From Winogradskyella sp. (GTDB lineage: Bacteria; Bacteroidota; Bacteroidia; Flavobacteriales; Flavobacteriaceae), in contig CBFHYD010000001.1 in assembly GCA_965659975.1 (NCBI GenBank), forward strand, positions 1,241 through 65,240: a stretch of DNA of 64,000 bases, read 5' to 3'. The notes beneath the pieces were generated by a model. That model was not told the DNA's origin and made no database searches. It saw only the letters and a list, made by a program, of their open reading frames with translations. How positions within the stretch are numbered: the stretch's first letter is position 1; the number at the start of each line of letters is the position of its first letter. Positions 56,175-64,000 of the stretch are shown piece by piece. Position numbers and translations under genes: made by a program.

Positions 56175-58757
56175 ATGTCCACCAAGCCAAAATTAGAACG
56201 TTTTAATTCTGAAGTTTTACACAAATACCAAGTCTATAATGGTATTTTTATGAATTTACCTTTTGAGACTCTTTCTAAAACTGTTGCCCTTTTACCTTTA
56301 TTCTATGAGACCTGTAAAAAAGGATTTGCTAATGGTGAAAACCCAACAGAAATAGTAAATACGTTTTTTAAAAAATATCAGGCAAGACGTGATGACAAAA
56401 GCCAAATCAATCTATTATTTCGATTTATACAATATATAGAGCGTCAAGTGGTCCTTTTTGATGCTATCGAAGACGCTGCTTTTCCTATTGTAAACAATAT
56501 GGACGGTTTAGGAACATTGCGTAACTTAACGGAAAATGCCAAGAACGACCATAAGCTTGATGATCTGAGAAACTATCTAAATGATTTTAAAGTGCGAATC
56601 GTTCTCACCGCACATCCAACACAATTTTATCCAGATAGTGTATTAGTGATTATTACAGATTTAGCAGAAGCAGTTAAGACTAATGATTTAGAGACCATAA
56701 ATGATTTGTTAGCCCAATTGGGTAAGACGCCATTTTTTAATGAACAGAAACCGACACCTTATGATGAAGCCGTAAGTTTAATCTGGTATCTAGAGCATGT
56801 ATTTTACCATTCGTTCGGAAAAATTTATGATTACATTCAGTATAATATTTATGATGGTATAGAAATGACTAATGATATCATGAATATTGGTTTTTGGCCT
56901 GGAGGTGATCGAGACGGTAATCCTTTTGTAACGCCAGAAATAACACTAAGAGTTGCTAAACGATTAAAACAAGCGATACTAAGATCCTATTATAAGGATA
57001 TTATAAAGCTCAAACGTAAATTAACCTTTAAAGGTGTCGATGATATTGTTACTAAACTTTATAACGCACTATACGATGCCTTACAAAATGTAAATGCCCC
57101 AGAAAATATAACGGAATCAGAGTTTTTAAGTGCGCTTAACGACATAAAAAATATTGTTATCGAGAAGCATCAATCCTTATACCTTAATGAGATTGTCAGT
57201 CTTATAAATAAGGTTAAACTCTTTGGTTTCCGGTTTGCGACATTGGATATAAGACAAGATAGTAGAAAGCATAATGAGGTTTTTGAAGACTTGGTAGCAA
57301 CGCTACAAAATAATGGCAGTACCATTTTTCCGATGGATTACGGTAGTAAATCGCCTCAAGAGCAGGTTGTATTTTTATCCACAGTCAAGGGTCAAGTTGA
57401 TTTGGCAGATTTTAAAAACGAGTTTACTTATCGTACTTTAAAAACTATGCAAATCATTAAAGACATTCAAAATTCTAATGGGCAACGTGGTGCAAACAGA
57501 TATATTATTAGTAATAACCAAACCGCGCTTAATTTAATGCAATTATTTGCTATGCTTAACCTCGTTGGATTTGACGATAATTTACCAATAGATATAGCGC
57601 CACTTTTTGAAACTGTACCAGATTTAGAGAACGCCCATTTGGTAATGGAGGAGTTGTACAGTAACTCTCAATACCGAATGCACCTTGAGCAGCGAGGCAA
57701 TAAGCAGGATATTATGCTTGGTTTTAGTGACGGCACCAAAGATGGTGGTTATCTCATGGCCAATTGGGCGATTTTCAAGGCAAAAGAACGCCTAACCAAA
57801 ATTTCGAGAGAATATGGTATTAAAGTTGTCTTTTTTGATGGTCGTGGTGGACCTCCAGCACGTGGTGGTGGAAAAACACACCAGTTCTATGCATCTCTTG
57901 GCCCAACTGTAGAGGATAAGGAAATACAACTTACCATTCAAGGACAAACCATAAGTTCAAATTTTGGAACTTTAGATTCGTCGCAGTACAATTTAGAACA
58001 GCTTATAAGTTCAGGAATATCTAATCGATTAAATGATACAAATCTAAAGTTGTCTGATGAAGACAAGGCCGTTATGGATGACTTGGCCCAAACGAGTTAT
58101 CAAGCCTATGTGGACTTTAAAAAACATCCTAAGTTCTTATCTTATTTGGAGCGCATGAGTACATTAAAGTATTATGCCAAAACAAATATTGGAAGTCGTC
58201 CGTCCAAAAGAGGGAAATCGACCGAATTAGTTTTTTCTGATTTAAGAGCCATACCATTTGTTGGAAGTTGGAGTCAATTAAAACAAAATGTTCCTGGATT
58301 TTTTGGTGTAGGTACTGCTTTAAAAATGTATGAAGACCAAGGAAAATTTAATGAGGTAGAACAACTCTATAAGAATTCGAAGTTCTTTAAAACCCTTATT
58401 GAAAACAGTATGATGTCCTTATCGAAATCCTTTTTCGATTTGACCAAGTATATGGCAGATGACGAGGAATTTGGTGAATTTTGGAAACTTATTTATAACG
58501 AATTTGAAACCTCAAAACGACTCATTCTTAAACTTACTGGTTACAAAACTTTAATGGAAGAAGAGCCTGCTGGTAAAGCCTCGATTGAGGTACGTGAGTC
58601 AATTGTATTACCATTACTCACCATACAGCAGTTTGCTTTGAAAAAAATTCAGGATATAGAAAAAGGAAAAATACCAGATACACAGAAGGAAATCTATGAG
58701 AAGGTCGTGACACGTTCCTTATTCGGTAATATTAATGCGAGTCGTAATTCGGCTTAA
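56175..58757 (+). CDS. ppc: Phosphoenolpyruvate carboxylase
   Basis: VLTAHPTQF, GGDRDGNP, MLGFSDGTKDGG, GRGG..RGGG, LRAIPFV. Confidence 0.96.
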   Translation: MSTKPKLERFNSEVLHKYQVYNGIFMNLPFETLSKTVALLPLFYETCKKGFANGENPTEIVNTFFKKYQARRDDKSQINLLFRFIQYIERQVVLFDAIEDAAFPIVNNMDGLGTLRNLTENAKNDHKLDDLRNYLNDFKVRIVLTAHPTQFYPDSVLVIITDLAEAVKTNDLETINDLLAQLGKTPFFNEQKPTPYDEAVSLIWYLEHVFYHSFGKIYDYIQYNIYDGIEMTNDIMNIGFWPGGDRDGNPFVTPEITLRVAKRLKQAILRSYYKDIIKLKRKLTFKGVDDIVTKLYNALYDALQNVNAPENITESEFLSALNDIKNIVIEKHQSLYLNEIVSLINKVKLFGFRFATLDIRQDSRKHNEVFEDLVATLQNNGSTIFPMDYGSKSPQEQVVFLSTVKGQVDLADFKNEFTYRTLKTMQIIKDIQNSNGQRGANRYIISNNQTALNLMQLFAMLNLVGFDDNLPIDIAPLFETVPDLENAHLVMEELYSNSQYRMHLEQRGNKQDIMLGFSDGTKDGGYLMANWAIFKAKERLTKISREYGIKVVFFDGRGGPPARGGGKTHQFYASLGPTVEDKEIQLTIQGQTISSNFGTLDSSQYNLEQLISSGISNRLNDTNLKLSDEDKAVMDDLAQTSYQAYVDFKKHPKFLSYLERMSTLKYYAKTNIGSRPSKRGKSTELVFSDLRAIPFVGSWSQLKQNVPGFFGVGTALKMYEDQGKFNEVEQLYKNSKFFKTLIENSMMSLSKSFFDLTKYMADDEEFGEFWKLIYNEFETSKRLILKLTGYKTLMEEEPAGKASIEVRESIVLPLLTIQQFALKKIQDIEKGKIPDTQKEIYEKVVTRSLFGNINASRNSA

Positions 58758-59656
58758 AAGAAGAGTTCTTGTGCCAGACGAAACGTATTTGCGTGTGCAT
58801 CTACTATAATTCTTATATCCTCGGAATAACCACCACCCATACTACACATCACTGGGATATTGTTGTCCTTGCATAGTTGTAGTACAAAACGGTCACGCTC
58901 TTTGCATCCAGCAATGCTCATGCCTAATTTTCCCAATTTATCAGTGGCAATAATATCAACACCACATAGATAATAGATAAAGTCCGGTTGTTGTTCCTCT
59001 ATAAGTTTAGGAAGTGTGTCTTTAAGTATGGCTAAATAATCTTCATCGGTTGTATCATTCTTAAGAGCAATATCCAAGTCGCTTTTTTCTTTTTTAAAAG
59101 GATAGTTACTCGCACCATGCATTGAGAAGGTAAAAACAGACGCATCATTTTGAAATATTTCGGCAGTACCATTACCTTGATGAACGTCTAAATCCACTAT
59201 CAATACTTTGTTTACCAAACCTTTATTTTGGAGATACCTTGCTCCAATAGCCTGATCATTCAGCATACAAAAGGCTTCACCTCTATTTGTATAAGCGTGA
59301 TGCGTGCCTCCAGCGATATTCATGGCAATCCCATGTTCGAGTGCATACAGGCTTGCCTTTATGGTACCATCTGCAATGATGCGTTCGCGTTCAACCAAAA
59401 CTTCACTTAAAGGGAAGCCAATTTTTCGAGCTGCATGTTGATCTAAAGTAATATTGAGTAAGTCGTAATAGTACTCAGGTTCGTGGACAGCAACTAAATA
59501 TTTATCATTTGGGAGTTGCGGCTCAAAGAAATTATCATAATCACAAGTGCCTTCGTGAAGCAGTTGTTGCGGCAAAAGGTCATATTTTTCCATAGGAAAA
59601 CGATGACCTTTGGGTAAGGGATGCTTGTAAATAGTATGGTAGGCTATCTTGAGCAC
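58754..59656 (-). CDS. Histone deacetylase family protein
   Basis: HRFPMEKY, GGTHHA, DLDVHQGNG, GGGY. Confidence 0.93.
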   Translation of the reverse strand: MLKIAYHTIYKHPLPKGHRFPMEKYDLLPQQLLHEGTCDYDNFFEPQLPNDKYLVAVHEPEYYYDLLNITLDQHAARKIGFPLSEVLVERERIIADGTIKASLYALEHGIAMNIAGGTHHAYTNRGEAFCMLNDQAIGARYLQNKGLVNKVLIVDLDVHQGNGTAEIFQNDASVFTFSMHGASNYPFKKEKSDLDIALKNDTTDEDYLAILKDTLPKLIEEQQPDFIYYLCGVDIIATDKLGKLGMSIAGCKERDRFVLQLCKDNNIPVMCSMGGGYSEDIRIIVDAHANTFRLAQELFF

Positions 59657-59660
59657 CTAC

Positions 59661-62051
59661 CTAATTATTACTCATTTTTAACTCCTGTGATATAAGTGTA
59701 TTTCCGTTTATAACACCTTCTACAAATAGAGAGATATTTTCTGTTTTTGTATTTGGTATTTTAAAGCTAATATCACCATTTGCATCAAAACTAAGGCTCG
59801 ATTTCCAATCGATTACGCCGTAGTTAAGAAAGAAATCTGAGTTGTAATATTTATACTTAGGCGCATAAAACGTTTTATCACCAGAAAACTTTAGAGGAAT
59901 TTCATAGGTAGTTGTATTGTCTACACGGCCTTTTGGAGCTGCACCAGGAGATGTGTAAATTTTAATGTATCCTGCGTTACCTCTTACACCACCATTAACA
60001 CCATAAAATTCGTGTTCTATATAATCTATATCTCCCATATTCAAGAACGTAAGTAAACTAAAATCTGAATTGATGCCAGCACCAGATAACAAGGCATCGT
60101 CTACATAAACTAATGGAACAGGATTTCCCCAATTAACACGGGGATTTGTTATACTCAAAGTTCCTGCAAAATAATCGAATTGCGTCACCCAGCCTAACCG
60201 TTGTAAATACAGATCTAGACGCAAATTTCTAAGTTTTATATTATCGTCAATTAAGTCTACACGTCCGTAACGTGCCTTTTTTTCTAAGGCCTCTAATCGG
60301 CTTTTACGTTTTTCAGCTTTAATGACAACTTCGTCTAACTCCGTTATTTCTTTGTTTTTATTGGATGACTCTTCAACTTCACCAGAGTCTATATTTATGT
60401 CGGTGTCTCTAAATGTTTCTACGATTCTATTTGCAGCATTGTTATAAGAAGGAAATTCCGAAGGAAAGAATTGCAAGTACAGTGAAGGCTTCTCATTAAA
60501 TTTTTTCTTAGCGGTATTAATGTATCCAATTCTAAAAAGATCGTCTTCAGTTGGGAATGTTGTTTTGATTGTAAACGTATCTTCATTTTTTGGAACATCA
60601 AAAAGCTGAGTGTTGTTTTTGGCCAACGGATATACAACGTAAGATCCAACCTTGTTTTTATTAACATTAGCAACGATATCTATACCACGTTCAAAAGCAA
60701 ATTTGTACTCTCTTTCACTATTGGTTAAAATCGTGTTCCAATTATAGCTGGACCATCCTTGCGTGAGCATCAATAAGTCTAAATTATAATTTGTTCTTCT
60801 ATCATCTGATTTAAAGTAACTCGAACCATTTTCAATTAAACCCTTTAAATACGGTTGTAGATAAAGTTGAGAAACTATAGAATTATGATGACTGTATGAC
60901 TTTGATGCCGTAGGCAATACCGAAATACTAATGTTTGAGCTTTTGATGGCGTCACTGCTTGCAGGATTTAAAGAAATAGAGATACTATCATTTGTAGCTT
61001 TAGCACCAACCAAAGACAAAGAAGACATATTAATATTCTTCTTATTAAAAAATAAGCGTTCTAATATTGGCTGATTCTGAGAGTTGAAAATTGTAAAAAT
61101 GTTTACCCCAGAAAAAAGTTCGTCTTGTAAAAAAGACAGTATTGCAGTGCCATCACTTTTAAATTGAAATTCGCTTGTAATAATTTGCGAACCATTGTGT
61201 AGTGCAACTTTATAAACTTCATTTGTAGCGTTAGTATTTGAGTTAATAAAAAGCCTAACAACATCTGATAAGGTGCTTAAACTAAGAGAATATCCAACGT
61301 TTTTTATGTCTCTTATTGGAGTGGTTATTGTCTTTTGATTAAAATTGATATTTGCTTTATAGGTTTTCCCTTGTTCTGGATTAAAAATGGTTTTCCCTAA
61401 TCCATACTCGCTAAGTGTAAAGTCTGTGATCACTTTCTCAGAACTATCAGTAATAGTACCCGAGATATTTTTTATCCCATTACCAAATTGGTTCTTAGCA
61501 ATGATTCCGACTGTGTTAGGAATACCATAAACAATATGTCCGCCTTCTCCCAAAACTTGTAAATCGATTTTATAATCGGAAGGTTTTACCGTAGTAATAA
61601 CATCATTGTTATCAGCATCTACGACCTTGAATGTTTGCTCAAAATGATTTTGCTCATCGAAATTTCGCATCCAGTTTGTATAAGCTTTAAATGTAAAGAC
61701 TCCAGAAGCTAATGTGCTATCTACATCAAAGACATTGTGGCTGATACCATTCTCTACTTGAAGTAATTTCTTTTTAATCACATTACCTTTTTCATCTGTA
61801 ATTATACAGTACAGATTTTTAGTCATTTGTGATATCTCCTTGGTGTACTTATCAAAGATGTAAGTCGTAAAACCCATTAATTCACCTTCGATATAGGTAC
61901 TTTTATTTAGGTGTGCAAATGCGATTTCGCGTGGTGCTTCCGTGTAATTTTTGTAAGACTCTAGCACGAGATCGTCTTGTGCGTTTGAGGTGTAAAAAGA
62001 AAAAATAAATAGTAGAGGAAATAATAGAAGAGAAGGAGTAACTTTTTTCAT
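59661..62051 (-). CDS. Large secreted protein with Ig/MG2-like N-terminal region and a TonB-plug-like segment, no beta-barrel
   Basis: Signal peptide; E.....HLNKS.Y..GE; LDLLMLTQGW; LDEVVIKA; PLVYVDD...DIDYIE...G.IKIYT; FYAPKY. Confidence 0.65.
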   Translation of the reverse strand: MKKVTPSLLLFPLLFIFSFYTSNAQDDLVLESYKNYTEAPREIAFAHLNKSTYIEGELMGFTTYIFDKYTKEISQMTKNLYCIITDEKGNVIKKKLLQVENGISHNVFDVDSTLASGVFTFKAYTNWMRNFDEQNHFEQTFKVVDADNNDVITTVKPSDYKIDLQVLGEGGHIVYGIPNTVGIIAKNQFGNGIKNISGTITDSSEKVITDFTLSEYGLGKTIFNPEQGKTYKANINFNQKTITTPIRDIKNVGYSLSLSTLSDVVRLFINSNTNATNEVYKVALHNGSQIITSEFQFKSDGTAILSFLQDELFSGVNIFTIFNSQNQPILERLFFNKKNINMSSLSLVGAKATNDSISISLNPASSDAIKSSNISISVLPTASKSYSHHNSIVSQLYLQPYLKGLIENGSSYFKSDDRRTNYNLDLLMLTQGWSSYNWNTILTNSEREYKFAFERGIDIVANVNKNKVGSYVVYPLAKNNTQLFDVPKNEDTFTIKTTFPTEDDLFRIGYINTAKKKFNEKPSLYLQFFPSEFPSYNNAANRIVETFRDTDINIDSGEVEESSNKNKEITELDEVVIKAEKRKSRLEALEKKARYGRVDLIDDNIKLRNLRLDLYLQRLGWVTQFDYFAGTLSITNPRVNWGNPVPLVYVDDALLSGAGINSDFSLLTFLNMGDIDYIEHEFYGVNGGVRGNAGYIKIYTSPGAAPKGRVDNTTTYEIPLKFSGDKTFYAPKYKYYNSDFFLNYGVIDWKSSLSFDANGDISFKIPNTKTENISLFVEGVINGNTLISQELKMSNN

Positions 62052-62101
62052 ATCAAATATTTAATACAAAAATCCTCAAAAAACGTACCTTAAGCTAATA
62101 T

Positions 62102-64000
62102 TTAACTAATCTTTAATCCATTATTAACACCTTCTTCAGAAGGATTAACAAAGACTAAATTACCAGAATCGTCTTCTGTCATTAAAATCATTCCTTGGCT
62201 TTCTACACCACGAAGTTTTCTTGGTGCAAGATTAACTAAAACAGTGACTTGTTTTCCTATTATATCCTCAGGTTTAAAACTTTCGGCTATTCCTGATACT
62301 ATAATTCTTACATCGATACCAGTATCTACTTTAAGTACTAATAACTTTTTGGTTTTTGGCATTTTTTCAGCCTCGATAATTGTGCCAACACGAAGATCTA
62401 ATTTTGTGAAATCATCAAATGAAATCTCTTCTTTTTGGGGTTCTATGGTTTTATTAGCAGCTTCGTTTGCTTTTTTACTTGCTTCAAGTTTTTCTAATTG
62501 AATCTGAATTGCCGAATCTTCAATTTTTGAAAATAGTAATTCTGGCTTTCCAAGTTGAATAACGTGACCTGAAGGTAGAAGCACGTCTTTTTCAGAAACA
62601 TCTTTCCACGAATTACTTGTTGAGTTTAAAATGCCTTTTAATTTATTTGAAGTAAATGGTAAAAACGGTTCACTCAGTACAGCTAATGCCGCAGATATTT
62701 GTAATGCTACAAACATAATGGTTTGTACCCTTTCTGGATCTTCTTTAATTTTTTTCCAAGGTTCTTCGTCGGCCAGATATTTGTTACCCAACCTTGCCAA
62801 GTTCATTAATTCTTGACTTGCCTCTCTGAATCTATAGCGTTCAATTGAACTTGAGATGACTGAAGGATAGGCTTTAACGGTTGCTAAAGTCTGTTCATCT
62901 ATTTTTGCATAATCCGATGGTTCGGGAACAACACCGTCGTAATATTTATTTGTTAATACAGCAACGCGATTAATGAAGTTACCAAATATAGCTACGAGCT
63001 CGTTATTATTTCTGGCTTGGAAATCTTTCCAAGTAAAGTCATTATCTTTTGTTTCTGGAGCGTTTGCTGTTAATGCATAGCGTAATACATCTTGCTGGTT
63101 CGGGAAGTCGATTAAATAATCTGGTAACCAAACCGCCCAATTCTTTGATGTGGATAGTTTATTGCCCTCTAAGTTCAAAAATTCATTTGCCGGCACATTT
63201 TCTGGAAGTATATAAGATCCTTCTGCTTTAAGCATTGAAGGGAAAATAATACAGTGAAATACGATGTTATCCTTACCAATAAAATGAACCAACTTAGTAT
63301 CCTCATTCTTCCAATAATCCTCCCAATTTTTATTTTCTCGTTGCGCCCATTCTTTAGTAGCAGATATGTAGCCAATTGGTGCATCAAACCAAACATAAAG
63401 TACTTTGCCTTCACCGCCTTCAACAGGTACAGGAATACCCCAATCCAAATCTCTTGTCACTGCACGTGGACGCAAGCCATCGTCGACCCAAGATTTTACT
63501 TGTCCATAAACATTAGGTTTCCAATCTTTTTTGTGACCTTCAAGAATCCACTCTTTTAGAAACTCTTCATGTTTATTTAATGGTAAAAACCAATGCTTTG
63601 TTTCTTTTAAGGTTGGTATATTACCTGTTATTGCAGATTTTGGATTTATTAAATCCGTTGCGTTATGACTTGTGCCGCAGTTTTCGCATTGGTCGCCATA
63701 AGCTTCTTCATAACCACATTTAGGACACGTTCCAATAACAAAACGATCTGCTAAAAACTGATTTGCTTCAGCATCGTAAAGTTGCTCAGAGACTTCTTCT
63801 ACAAATTCATTTTTATCATATAGCGTTTTAAAGAATTCCGAAGCTGTTTCATGATGGATCTTTGCTGAGGTCCTCGAGTAGTTATCGAAAGAAATTCCAA
63901 AATCCTCAAACGATTGTTTGATAATGTTGTGATACTTATCTACAATGTCTTGTGGTGTTACACCTTCTTTCTTTGCCTTAATGGTTATTGGCACACCGTG
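62102..64000 (-). CDS. metG: Methionine--tRNA ligase; 5' end lies beyond the window
   Basis: CPKC..CENC zinc knuckle, YVWFDA, FIGKDNI, KLSTS, C-terminal tRNA-binding OB domain. Confidence 0.97.
   Translation of the reverse strand, partial: HGVPITIKAKKEGVTPQDIVDKYHNIIKQSFEDFGISFDNYSRTSAKIHHETASEFFKTLYDKNEFVEEVSEQLYDAEANQFLADRFVIGTCPKCGYEEAYGDQCENCGTSHNATDLINPKSAITGNIPTLKETKHWFLPLNKHEEFLKEWILEGHKKDWKPNVYGQVKSWVDDGLRPRAVTRDLDWGIPVPVEGGEGKVLYVWFDAPIGYISATKEWAQRENKNWEDYWKNEDTKLVHFIGKDNIVFHCIIFPSMLKAEGSYILPENVPANEFLNLEGNKLSTSKNWAVWLPDYLIDFPNQQDVLRYALTANAPETKDNDFTWKDFQARNNNELVAIFGNFINRVAVLTNKYYDGVVPEPSDYAKIDEQTLATVKAYPSVISSSIERYRFREASQELMNLARLGNKYLADEEPWKKIKEDPERVQTIMFVALQISAALAVLSEPFLPFTSNKLKGILNSTSNSWKDVSEKDVLLPSGHVIQLGKPELLFSKIEDSAIQIQLEKLEASKKANEAANKTIEPQKEEISFDDFTKLDLRVGTIIEAEKMPKTKKLLVLKVDTGIDVRIIVSGIAESFKPEDIIGKQVTVLVNLAPRKLRGVESQGMILMTEDDSGNLVFVNPSEEGVNNGLKIS

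Overview
This AT-rich window looks like Flavobacteriaceae chromosome (marine, Winogradskyella/Lacinutrix-like), judged from T9SS cargo genes, TAnnTTTG promoters and the gene set; it is mostly core genome. It holds a T9SS type-B adhesin/PorP/PorE-like locus, hflX, a split SUF Fe-S cluster carrying HMG-CoA synthase, and an operon of two choice-of-anchor B propellers, a propeller lipoprotein, MbnP and an MbnH/MauG-like diheme protein. Further along are thiL, brnQ, aminopeptidase P, a VPS10-type protein, sdhCAB with an inserted membrane gene, a MutS-V protein, rpmA/rplU, an M16 peptidase pair, tdh, ferritin, ppc, an HDAC-family gene and partial metG. I saw no rRNA, tRNA, CRISPR array or intact mobile element. 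The best candidate for an undescribed system is the choice-of-anchor B/MbnPH operon, a possible surface copper or quinone-cofactor redox system. Also notable are four Fur-like boxes (ATTTAGA-N5-TCTAAAT) whose positions suggest both repression and activation, three small GH...CxxC paralogs, and many lesions the ORF track hides: 3 in-frame TAA stops, 2 frameshifts and 2-3 deletion scars. The lesions may be real decay or sequence error. All family assignments come from motif recognition; no database search was run.
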